This document shows positions 36,794 to 48,162 of a stretch of 64,000 bases of DNA, in pieces. The stretch's first letter is position 1, and each line of letters opens with the position of its first letter. A program made the position numbers and the translations under genes. This stretch comes from Azolla caroliniana (lineage: Eukaryota; Plantae; Polypodiophyta): NCBI GenBank assembly GCA_043228905.1, contig JBHGNT010000002.1:23994001-24058000 (forward strand), in the 5' to 3' direction. The notes under the pieces are model-generated. The model worked only from the letters and a program-made list of their open reading frames with translations. It had not been told where the DNA came from and did not search any database.

Positions 36794-39700
36794 ATAGTTG
36801 GATGGGGCTAGTGACAGAAAACGAGCTAGCAATTGGCGAATAGAGATCAATCACTCCTGTGGACTGAGGGCCACCTGGACTTGGCTGAGGTGGGGGATAG
36901 GAGGGCTATCGTGTACGAGCTAACAATCATTGGATAAAGATCAATTGCCCATGTGGACTGAGGGCCACTTGGACTTGTCTGAGATGGGGGACAGGAGGGC
37001 TATAGGCGGATAGAGATCAATCTCTCATGTGGGCTGAGGGTGTTACAAAGGCACACATGCACACGACGATATATATGGACTTAATAGGCATATTATTTGT
37101 TTGAAAAGGTACTGGATTTTGGGAGCATAATGGAAGAGTCATCGGCTTGGTAGGGGTGGTGTCATGTTGCCAATGGACCAGAATGTGCAAAATCCTCTAA
37201 ATTGAGCACTTGTCCATATTTCAATTGATCCTAAAATTCTTGTAGATGTAAAGTAATGCAAGGTGGAAGCCCATACCTCGTTTATATGAAGCATTGTAGC
37301 TACTAATCATGTAGTATGTTTTACCTCAAAAGTAAAGAGGAGAGAGCGAAAGAAGAAGATCAGAACATTTAGGGTGGATTGATAATTTATTGGACGCTGA
37401 GAGTTTTCATCCAAAAGGATACAAGAGCCTCATGCTCACAAATCCAAATGCTATCCATTCAACATATAAAATTTTTGAATTCTACTTCAATTGAATCAAT
37501 GTGTCAATTCTAGTAGTTGGGCATCGTGTATCTTTGTTCTCGTACATATTTGTGTGCTTTTCTTGGACTATCTCAACCCACAATATAGCGATTCAATGCT
37601 TGTCTACAAGCGAAGACAACATATGTTGTGATAGCGGTTACCCTCGATGATCAACATTTGCTATGGATTTTAACATTTTTGCATACTAAGAAATGTTGCT
37701 CGATTTGACAGTGTTTTAAGAACATTGCAATGTGTGGTGGATCATATACATCCAACCTTCTAAAGTGAGTACACTAGTCTAAGACCAAGTATAACAAAGC
37801 ACTGGAAAGAGAAAAGAGAATTATAGAAAATGGGTATTCAATCAATAAGAGAAAAGGGTATTTTGTATTAAAGAGGAAGTATTACATTGGGAGCATCCCC
37901 CTAATTTCCAGAAACTAGCCCCCTCTTCTCTGTGCACATATCATACTTAAATACCCATGGACTCAACTACTTCACCACCAATTTCTCTAGCTACTTGACC
38001 ACTAATTCCTCTAGCTACTTGACCATTAATTTCTCTAGTTACTCCCAACCAATCTCCCCCTAATTTCTCTAATTCTAACTACTCCATAACATAACACTCT
38101 CCCACGAGGCGAAGAGTTTCGTCCTCGAAACTAAAACACTAGTACAATAACATGAACTCCTAAGTCCATAAGTAAATGAAAAAAGGGAAAGAAGGACAAT
38201 GGCAAAGGTGGTCTTACCATACTAATACAGTAGGAAGTGTCTAAACCCTTGTCATTGTAGCACTAATTAGAGCTAGGGTACCTGAACAAGAATGAGGGAT
38301 CCGAACGAAACAAACTTTCTTCAGAGATTCATGTGGCTTCCAAAAGTGGTTGCCCTTTCCACTTGATCAAAAATTTCGTGTTCCATTGCGCACTTGTTGT
38401 TTTAAGATTGCTTCAAGTTCTTCCGCTTCCTCCCTTAGGTTAGTCTTCCGGCTTCAATGTTTATCAGGATGAAATCTCTTAAGCAAACTTAGATGAAATG
38501 TGTCATGCACCTTGACGGAACTAGGAAATTGTAGCTTGTAAGTATCTCCATTAAAACTTTGTGGCACTTCATTGTTATCCGTGGGACAAAAGGGATATAG
38601 TGTGAAATGAATCTAAGGATATCGGTAGGAAAAGTAGGTGGAGAACGACAATTGGGAAGGAGGAAGGTAACGAAATACAAGCAACCGAGAATGAAGGCAG
38701 AGAAGAAAGGAGTAACTGAAGCGTGCCGAACATGAAGGGAAGCTATATAACAAGAAGGAGAATCAGAAGGAAGAGGGGGGAGAATGCGAAGAAGATATAC
38801 CTTGACTAGCGAGATTTACTGTTTTCATGAGTATATGAGAATAGAACCTGAATACATTAATATAACTTTTACTTGTGGGCCTAATCTTGTACCTGAATAC
38901 ATTAATATAACTTTTCCTTGTGGGCCTAATCTGTTCGCGCAATCTATATGTGCAATTTAGTAGGTTCATTGTGGCTTACATTTTTTTTCCATAGTTAACT
39001 ATCCGTGCAAGCTTGAGGATTCCTATCCACCACTACGCACCGCAACCTCTTGACCCGATTAGCTTAAGAATAATCGAAGGTGTCATCTCGAAGTAGAGAC
39101 AAGGCAATTTTAGCTTGTAAGTAACTCCGTTAAAATTTTGCGGCATTTCATATGGCGCGTAATAACGATGGTTAAATTTAGGTGGGAGTCATCCAGGTAA
39201 AGGCCAATGAATGGCACTAACGAGGACCAAATTGCCTTTGAAAAATTCAATGTGTTGACGTTTTTTGCTAGCTACCCGAACCATTTGTTCCTTTGATTGT
39301 TCTAATCCTTGTTGTGCAACCCGCATTGTTGCTTGCCAATCTTCTAGAAAAAGATCAACATCGGGCTCTTTAATTTTATCTCGAACAACATGAGAGACCA
39401 AAGAGAATGGACTAAGAACTTGCTTCCCTGTAGCTAATTCAGAAGGAGAAAAACATGTGGCAGAATATTTATAGTTATAACAAAATTCTAGCATATCGAT
39501 ATGATCCACCCAATCTTTTTGATCCTCCTGCACATAACAACATATGTAGTCTTCAAGACTCTGATTTACCCTTTCCATTTGGCCATTAGTTTGGGGATGA
39601 GCCGTAGAAGACATTTGAAGTTGTGGGTCTAGCAATTTGAATAGTTCTTGCCAAAATCGATTAGTAAAATGCGGATCCCTATCAGATGTGACCGCCGTAG

Positions 39701-40545
39701 GCATGCCATGATATTTAAAGATATGTTTAAAGAACAATTTTCCTACTTGGAGGGCTATGAGAGGTGGTTTTGTTGGTACATACTACAAAGTGAGCTCGTT
39801 TAGAGAAATAGTCGATGACCACCATGATCACATTATAACATCTTGACATGGGCAAATCCACTATGAAATCCACACTCACCACATCCCATGGTTGAGTGGG
39901 TATTGGCTTGGGTCGTAGTAATCCAAATGGTCGTCCACGCCGAGCTTTGACTTGTTGGCATGTCACATAGGATTGGACGTAGTCTGTTACATCCAACTCC
40001 ATATGGGGCCATAAAAAATGTTGTTGGATGTTGGTGAGTGTCCGGTGAATACCACCATGCCCTGCCATTTTACAATCATGTGCTTCTTGAAAAATCAATG
40101 CCTTAATTTGCCTTATAATAGTTACAAACCACTTACCATGTACCATTAATAGACCTTGTTGCATTCTGAGTGACCCATGGGCCACACGTTGCATTTCCAT
40201 ATCGGAAATGAATTGTTGCGTGTAAGGATCATGTTGTTGAGCTATTCGAACATCTTGTAGCAAAGAAGAATCAGAGATTACTGAAATGTTACAAGCATGA
40301 GGCATTCGACTTAAAGCATCCAGACTAGTATTAAGAGCACCACTTTTATGGTTCATGCAGAAATCAAATTATGCTAAAAACTCTTCCCAACAACCTTGTT
40401 TAGGGGACAACTTTGGTTGCGACTGAAAATATTACAAGGATATATTATTTGTGAATACTCTAGTAAATTTATCTTGGACATAATGACACCATTTGCGTAA
40501 GGCATAGACCATGGCAAGCATTTCTTTCTCATGAGTAGGCCACGT

Positions 40546-40716
40546 TTTCGCGTTGTTACGCGCGCGCGCGGAGAAAGGCGGGACCACGGGGGTCTTGGAC
40601 TAGGGAGTGACGGAGCGTAGGAAGTCGTACTTCACCGTTTCTAGGGCATCCCAGAAGCACACCGGAAGAAACCGAAGGGAGAGAGAGAAAGAGAGGGAGC
40701 GCGCGCTTGATACCGA

Positions 40717-40751
<35 letters not shown>

Positions 40752-43700
40752 GCCGACCCGACTCACGCCCTTATGTACAGGAAACGCAGGAAAGGGGAAG
40801 GACCTGACCCTAACAGAGACACGAATATACACAGACAGACACAAATGTAAGTATTACAAGGGAAAGAATACAACCCCGGCTTCGAGCCGGACCAAGCTAG
40901 GGTAGGTTACAACAGAAGTCTGCAGCCAAGCCGTCGTTCGGGGAGCTCTCGGGAGACCGAGCAGCAACAACCCTCAACAGTCCACCACACCGCGAAGAAG
41001 AGGAAGAAGAAGTAGAAGAACTAACCCTAAATCTAACGGTATACCCTCTAACACAAAAATGGGCAAACTTTCTATAAGGGGCCATCCCTTCCTTTTATAA
41101 AACAAGGAGAGAGATGCGTTACAATGTGGGATAAGTCCCGATTTACATGGGATTCTTTGTCCCGACTTAACTCCTATTATTCACACAATTACACGAGGGT
41201 GAGTGCACATGGTGCACCTCGCCGATGTAGCCAATATTTCCCGGTTTCCGCATCTGACCGAAATTCTTCACGACATCCGCCCCCACCTAACCGCACGTCC
41301 ACCGGTATGTGCCCAATCTGGTTGAAGGGTGAGAGATTTCGGCCGGTGAGAAACCAGTCTTCCGTAATCCGCATCCCGGCTTGCTACCGGTTTGAACCAT
41401 CGGCTGTGGTTCTCCCTTCGCGCTTATCTCTCCGTAGGCTCGTTCGACCCGTCGATGGGTCATTCGCCGCGATCTCCGTAGTACGCATACTTCCGCTAGC
41501 CCTTATTCGGCCGTATGCACGCTCCGTTTTCCGCCGTATGCCCGATGTCCTCCGCTTGGAGAATGCCCGTAGTGGCCCGCTTGGCCTCCGTCGACCATTC
41601 GTGTTGTTGCAACAGGTCCTGAGTCTCCCGCTTGCCGTCGTCCCCTCGCCCCCACTAGCTTGTCACCCCGGGCTTGCCGTATCAGTCTTCGCTACTTCGA
41701 CGGAGCTCCCGAGATCTACAAAGCGAGCGTGAAGGATCCTCCTCCGGACTCACTTGTCATCCCCTGACTCCAACCCTGTGCAGTCCACTATGCACTTGTC
41801 ACCTCGTTCCCGGCACCTCCCTTGTGCCGTCTTCCGCTTCCTTTGTTCGGCACCGCCCGTGCCGAACACTGTCCCGTAGTCACGCTTTGATCCGGCCCGC
41901 GATGGCCACTTGCGAGACTCTTATTCTGTCCCAAGTGTGCCCCTACCGGCTACTTCCGAAACCGTAACCGGTCGGTGAGGGTTTCGCACTTAGTCTGTCC
42001 CATCTTACCGACTCTCGATCTGCTACCCCGTGTCGTTGGGTCCCGTTCCCTGCCGCCACCGTCCTTCTCCCTAGGTCTCACGTTGCCACGTTGGCCGAAC
42101 TGCCGGGGTCTCCGGATCAGTGTGAGGGTCCCATAGGACCGATCTTTGTTTCGTCGCTTGCCGAGATCCGGGTGTCTTTTGTTTGAGTCCCTCCCGGACT
42201 CTCCTCGTGTCTTCCATGTAGTCGGGTCCCGTTTCCCGCCGCCACCAACCTTCTCTCTCAGTCTCATGTTGCCACGTTGGCCGAACTGCCAGAATCTCTG
42301 GTTTGGTGTGAGGATCCCGTAGGACCGGACTTCCTTAAGCCCACTCACCTCGCCGGAAGGTATGAGATGGTCCGTAGCCACCTTGCCGGCCTCATACCTC
42401 CTTACTGTTCGTCGCCTCTTGTTGTTCGATCACGTTCTCCTGCCGCCACCGATCTCCCCGATAGGACTCACGCCGGCACTCGGGCCGACCGCCGGATCAG
42501 TGTGAGTGTCTTCGTGGGACCTCCCCTTCTGGCTTCGGTTGCCCGCCTTGCCGCCGCCACCATCCCTTACTCTAAGTCTCACGCCTCCTCTTGTCGTTGG
42601 CTGCCGGAGTCTCTAGAATCGGTGTGTGTAAGGTCACAGCTACACCGCTCTGCCTTTGCCATTCTCTTCTGTTGGTCACGTTCACCTGCCGCCACCGTCC
42701 TTTCCTATAGGACTCACGCCGGCTCTCGGGCCGACCGCCGGATCGGTGTGAGGATCTCCGTAGTCCGCCCATCCGTAGACTCTTTTGCCTTCGTCCCCTC
42801 TCCGCCACCGTTCGTCACTCTAGGCCTCCGTCCCCTCTCCGCCGGTGTCTGTTGAACCGGTGTGAAGGATCCTCCTCGGGCTTGCCGTATCTCTGACCCT
42901 TATCCCGGGTCTTCCTTCTTTCGTAAGTCGAGATGGTGGCTCGCTCCACACCCTCTCCCGTGGTACCGACGTACAGTGTTCCCGGCCTCTTCGTAGGCCT
43001 GCTCTCTTCCTCCCTCCCGGAATGGTTTTCTGGAAGTCCGCTCTGCCCGGTTCTCGTCCGGATCCGTCCGTCAGTCTTTGGATTGCTGGGTCCCGATCTC
43101 CTGTCGCCACCGATCTCTCCTATAGGACTCACGCCAGCACTCGGGCCGACAGCTGGATCGGTGTAAGTATCTCCGTAGGACCGGCCTTCATTCTCCTCTT
43201 CATCCCCTGTACTTCTCCCGAACTCGTCGTTGCTCTCCTTCTCGCGTACCCGCCTCCATCTCCCATCTCCCTAGGTCTCACGTCGGCGCTCGTTACCGGC
43301 TGCCTGAGTCTCCAGATAAGACGTGGTGCTTCCGTCCCGTAATGATTTGCGGACGCTCGTTCGGGGTATTGCTCCCAAGTATGTTCGGGGAGAAGCATCT
43401 GGTCCGTGATCAACCAAACCCCGCCTGGGCTTGGTTCTCCAATATCCGTAGTTTCGGTTCTGATGCCGACCTCTCCGGACTCGTTCCGAACCCTTGACCA
43501 CTTCCCTTCCAATTCCCGACCTTCGCTCGGTCGGTCTTTCTCCCCATGTAAAAGAGGGCGGCTCGTCCCGCACCCTCTTCCGTATCGGCACTTTCATGCC
43601 GAATCTGGCCCCGATCGAACGATCCACGACCGGATTCTGCTCCATCCGAATCGGAATGCCGATCTTCTCGTGCCGCTTCCGTCCTCGGCCTCCTCGCAGG

Positions 43701-45509
43701 CTGTTTCCCATCCCTCTTCGCTGCCATCGTGCCAGTACTCCTCGTCGGCGCCTTCCTTCTCTCCGGCCTCATGTCGGCACACGGGCATGACCGCCGGAGT
43801 CTCCGGAATCCGCGTGGAGGGCTCTTCTCCGCTCTCGACCTTGTCCTCGGTCGGCAATTCTCCGCAAGTCGAGAGGGCGTTTTGTTCCGCACCCTCTCCT
43901 GTGGTACCGTGGTACCGATCTTTCGCCATCTCGTGGGGCAAGACCGTCTCCCCGGTCTCAGCTTGAGGCCTCGATCTTTCCTCTTCCTCGAGCATTACCT
44001 CGAGAGTTGCGTACGCCTCTGCAATCCTGGCCTCAACACCGACCCTTGCCAACTCCCTTTGTCGTTCGGCCTCTTCCCGCTGTGATGGCACGCCGTCGCG
44101 CCCCTTCCTCTTAGCCTTCTCGGCTCGCTCATCATCTAGCCGTTGGCACACCCTTCCGACCTTCGACCAGTCCTCCGTAAGCCCATTCACTCCATCATCG
44201 TCTTCGAGCTCAATCCCGATGGCTTCCCGTTCTGCTCGGTCGATCGACCTGACGAACAATAGGACTTTGTCAGCCCCCACCAAACCTTGTTCCCGCTCCG
44301 GGAGCCGAGCAAGCCATTGCTCGAACTCTCGGAACACCTTGGTCACGCCCCGGTGGGTCATTGCCGATGCTACCCACTGGTCGAAGTCGTGTCGTCCCTG
44401 GCTCTTCCGCCGTCCTCCGTATGCCCTCAGGAGCGCCTCTTCAAAGGCCTCCCACGAACTATGAGCCTCACGGAGCTCCTTTACTTCCCCATGCATCCGG
44501 ACAGCTACGACCCGACAGAAGAACTCCGGCCTCAACGCCTTGTCAACGCCATGCTCCTCCATATCCGCGTTGTAGGCTCCCAAGTAAGACGGGACTTTGT
44601 CCTCGTTGAAACGGCCGACTCTTTCGACCACTCGCTCAACCACTTGTTGCACTGCTTCTCGCCTCATGACCACTCGTGCCGACTCCAACACCACTTCGGC
44701 CACCATCACCGCGAGGTCGTCGTCTTCCGACTCCATCCTCCCTTGCCGCCTTTCACCTCGGGTTCACCAAAGATGTCGCGTTGTTACGCGCGCGCGTGGA
44801 GAAAGGCGGGACCACGGGGGTCTTGGACTAGGGAGTCGTACTTCACCGTTTCCGGGGCATCCTAGAAGCACACTGGAAGCAACCGAAGGGAGAGAGAGAA
44901 AGAGAGGGAGCGCGCGCTTGACACCGACTCACGCACACACACACACACACACGGGCCGACCCGACTCACGCCCTTATGTACAGGAAACGTAGGAAAGGGG
45001 AAGCACCTGACACCAACAGAGACACGAATATACACAGACAGACGCAAATGTAAGTATTACAAGGGAAAGAATACAACCCCGGCTTCGAGCCGGACCAAGC
45101 TAGGGTAGGTTACAACAGAATTCTGCAGCCAAGTCGTCATTCGGGGAGAGCTCGGGCTCGTCACGTGGAGCGGGGTCTTGCACAGGAGACCGAGCAGCAA
45201 CAACCCTCAACAGTCTACCCACACCGCGAAGAAGAGGAAGAAGAAGTAGAAGAACTAACCCTAAATCTAACGGTATACCCTCTAACACAAAAATGGGCAA
45301 CCTTTCTATAAGGGACCATCCCTTCCTTTTATAAAACAAGGAGAGGGATGCGTTACAATGTCGGATAAATCCCGATTTACATGGGATTCTTCGTCCCGAC
45401 CTAACTCCTATTGTTCACACAATTACACGAGGGTGAGTGCACATGGTGCACCTCGCCGATGTAGCCAATATTTCCCGGTTTCCGCCTCTGGCCGAAATTC
45501 TTCACGACA
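40546..45509 (-). mobile_element. Non-autonomous gag-only LTR element (TR-GAG-like) 1
   Basis: LTRs at 40546-41275 and 44774-45509. PBS TGGTGAACCCGAGGTGAA (44769-44752). PPT GGTGGGGGCGGA. 4-bp TSD ACGT/AAGT; removal restores the host frame EVT-WPTHEKE. No RT or INT seen. Confidence 0.9.
43594..44736 (-). CDS. Gag-like protein of element 40546-45509
   Basis: 380-aa ORF directly after the PBS (GRFNEDKVPSYL, NGLTEDWSKV); paralogous to 46978-48162 and to the gag at 61421-62362. Confidence 0.8.
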   Translation of the reverse strand: MESEDDDLAVMVAEVVLESARVVMRREAVQQVVERVVERVGRFNEDKVPSYLGAYNADMEEHGVDKALRPEFFCRVVAVRMHGEVKELREAHSSWEAFEEALLRAYGGRRKSQGRHDFDQWVASAMTHRGVTKVFREFEQWLARLPEREQGLVGADKVLLFVRSIDRAEREAIGIELEDDDGVNGLTEDWSKVGRVCQRLDDERAEKAKRKGRDGVPSQREEAERQRELARVGVEARIAEAYATLEVMLEEEERSRPQAETGETVLPHEMAKDRYHGTTGEGAEQNALSTCGELPTEDKVESGEEPSTRIPETPAVMPVCRHEAGEKEGADEEYWHDGSEEGWETACEEAEDGSGTRRSAFRFGWSRIRSWIVRSGPDSA

Positions 45510-46944
45510 AAGTAACTTCAATATCTGAAAATTTCTTGGATTCATAAGCAACCAGATGTCCATCCTATATCAACGTTGCACCATAAGCCACATCATAAGC
45601 ATCTGTATGGATTTCAAATCATTTAGTAAAATTTGGTAACTTAACGCACTGGTTGTGAACCCACAGCTGCTTTCAGTTTTCGAAAGCATCTTGTTCTAGT
45701 GTTGTCCATTTAAAACTTGCTTTAGCTTTAGTTAGGTTAGTTAGGGGGCCTGCAATTGCACTAAAATGCTTGATGAATTTACGCACATACTGCACGAAAC
45801 ATACAAATTGTTGAACTTCTACGGTTTTAGTCGGGATTGGCCATCTTCGTACAACATCCACCTTACTTGTATCCATACGAAGGCCATGTTTCCCTAGCTA
45901 GAAACCTAAGAAGTAAATATCTTGTACTGCAAACCAACATTTTTCGGGGTTTGAATAAAATTTGTTTTCTTGCAATATATGTAACAGGGTGAAAGCATGC
46001 GAGTGGAAACAATTAGCTATGTCCTTGACATAGCTAATTAGCTATGCAAAAAGCTACCATTGATAAATAGTCATTTTAGTAAAAAGCCATCATTAATAAA
46101 TTAGCTATGCAAAAAACTACCATTGAAAATACTAGAGTGTTTTAATTACATATGTAAATGAGTGCCATAAATGTTGTCGTGAAGATTTTCGTCCACAAGC
46201 GGAAACCGGGAAACATTCGCTACATCGGCGGGGTGCAGCGTGTGTACACACCCATGTACATTTAGTGTGAATATCGAGGGCGCCTTTATGGCGCCAAAGA
46301 GTAGTTAAGTCGGGACAGACAATCCCATGTAAGTCGAGATTTGTCCCACATTGTAACGCATCCCTTTCCTTGTTCTATAAAAGGAAGGGAACGCCCTTTG
46401 TGAAAGGGTTGCCCATTTTGCATTAAAGGGTATACCGTTAGGTTTAGAGTTAGCTTCTTCTTCTTCTTCTTCTCCTTCGTGTTCGCTTAGGGTTTGCTGC
46501 AGCTCATCTCCTGTGCAAGACCCCGCTCGGCGCGACGAGCCCGAGAGCTCCCCAACGGCGGCTTGACAGCAGACGACTGTTGTAAGCTATCTTGGTCCGG
46601 CTCGAAGCCGGGAATGTATTCTTCATATATATACATACATATACGTTTACGTTTGTCTATGTATATTCGCGTCGTTGTTGGCGTCGGGTGCTTACCCTCT
46701 CCTGCGTTTTCTGTACATAAGGCGCGAGTCGAGTTGAGCTGTGTGTACGAGTGTGTGGCTGTGTGTGTGTGTGTGTGCGTGAGTCGGTGTTAATCTCTCT
46801 CTCTCTCCCTTTGGTTGCTTCCGGTGTGTTTCTGGGATGCCTCGGAAACAGTGAAGCACGACTTCCTACGCTCCATCGCTCTCTAGTCCAAGACCCCCGT
46901 GGGCCCGCCTTTCTCCACGCACGCGCATAACAACGCGACATCTT

Positions 46945-46962
46945 TGGTGAACCCGACGTGAA
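46945..46962 (+). promoter_or_regulatory. PBS complementary to the tRNA-Trp 3' end
   Basis: TGGTGAACCCGACGTGAA is the reverse complement of TTCACGTCGGGTTCACCA, the plant cytosolic tRNA-Trp 3' end as I recall it. Confidence 0.85.
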
Positions 46963-46977
46963 AGGCAGCAAGGGAGG

Positions 46978-48162
46978 ATGGAGTCGGAAGACGACGACCT
47001 TGCGGAGATGGTGGCCGAAGTGGTGTTGGAGTCGGCACGAGTGGTGATGAGGCGAGAAGCAACGCAACAAGCGGTTGAGCGAGTGGTTGAAAGAGTCGGC
47101 CGTTTCAATGGGGATAAAGTCCCATCTTACTTGGAAGCCTACAACGCGGAAATGGAGGAGCGTGGCGTAGACGAGGCGTTGAGGCTGGAGTTCTTCTGTC
47201 GGGTCGTGGCTGTCCGGATGCATGCGGAAGTAAAGGAGCTCAGTGAGGCTGATAGTTCGTGGGAGGCCTTCGAAGAGGCGCTCCTGAAAGCATACGGAGG
47301 AAGGCGGAAGAGTCGGGGGTGGCATGACTTCGACCAGTGGGTAGCATCGGCAAAGACCCACCGGGGTGCGACGAAGGCGTTCCTGGAGTTCGAGCGACGA
47401 CTTGCTCGGCTCCCAGAGCGGGAACAAGGTTTGGTGGGGGCGGACAAAGTCCTTTTGTTCGTCAGGTCGTTCGACCAAGCGGAACGGGAAGCCATCGGGA
47501 TTGAGCTCGAAGACGATGATGGAGCGAATGGGCTTACGGAGGACTGGTCGAAGGTCGGAAGGGTGTGCCAAAGGCTAGACAACGAGCGAGCCGAGAAGGC
47601 TAAGATGAAGGTACGCGACAGCGTGCCATCACAGCGGGAAGAGGCCGAACGGCAAAGAGAGTCGGCAAGGGTCAGTGTTGGGGCTAGGATTGCGGAGGCG
47701 TACGCAGCGCTCAAAGCGATGCTCGAGGAAGAGGGAGGATCGAGGCCAGAAGCTAAGACCGAGGAGACGGACTTGTCCCACGCGACGGCGGAAGATCGGT
47801 ACCACGGTACCACGGGAGAGGGTGCGGAACGAAACGCCCTCTCGACTTGCAAAGATAGAACGGCCAAGGACGAGGCCGAGATACCGATCGCGGAATCGGA
47901 ACGTTGGGACCAGCGGTTTCGGGCATGTCAGCCCGAGATCCAGGTCATTGAAGAAGCAAGCCCAGACGGGGCTTGCGCGATCGGTAAGAAAATGACCGCC
48001 GACCACGAAGAGTCGGTGGCTACGAACAAGGGCGTAAAACAGACGGGCGATTCTTTGTGTCTTCCCACACTTGCTCCCGAGACGATGGCAGTCGGGCCCG
48101 AGTGCCCACGTGAGTCCCAAGCGGAGGAAGGCGTCGGCGAAAGGCCAAGAATCACCGGCTAG
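46978..48162 (+). CDS. Gag-like protein of element 46175-51051
   Basis: 394-aa ORF; the first ~280 aa are highly similar to 43594-44736. Confidence 0.8.
   Translation: MESEDDDLAEMVAEVVLESARVVMRREATQQAVERVVERVGRFNGDKVPSYLEAYNAEMEERGVDEALRLEFFCRVVAVRMHAEVKELSEADSSWEAFEEALLKAYGGRRKSRGWHDFDQWVASAKTHRGATKAFLEFERRLARLPEREQGLVGADKVLLFVRSFDQAEREAIGIELEDDDGANGLTEDWSKVGRVCQRLDNERAEKAKMKVRDSVPSQREEAERQRESARVSVGARIAEAYAALKAMLEEEGGSRPEAKTEETDLSHATAEDRYHGTTGEGAERNALSTCKDRTAKDEAEIPIAESERWDQRFRACQPEIQVIEEASPDGACAIGKKMTADHEESVATNKGVKQTGDSLCLPTLAPETMAVGPECPRESQAEEGVGERPRITG

Larger units (their letters stand above)
37730..45986 (-). mobile_element. Decayed second chromovirus-type Ty3/gypsy element (5' part displaced beyond later insertions)
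   Basis: RT/RH fragments at 45510-45986 and 40360-40545 (WPTHEKEMLA). Integrase at 39189-40356 (VSVDFIVDLP, SDRDPHF, HPQTNGQMERVNQ). Chromodomain remnant near 38330. Probable LTR edge TAACA plus PPT at ~38096. Left boundary approximate. Confidence 0.75.

Noticed and set aside
36800-37050. Three ~75-100-bp degenerate direct repeats (AGATCAAT...TGTGGACTGAGGG)
   Set aside because: Probably a remnant of the old retroelement that the chromovirus inserted into; too decayed to assign.
38573-39050. Possible separate insertion or solo LTR within the decayed chromovirus, with a ~45-bp tandem duplicate near 38846-38931
   Set aside because: I could not define termini or a TSD with confidence.
41124-43600. 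Many 100-200 aa ORFs in the GC-rich interiors of the gag-only elements (also 48150-50380)
   Set aside because: They are open on several frames because of GC richness and repeats, show no domain motifs, and are not conserved between the two copies.
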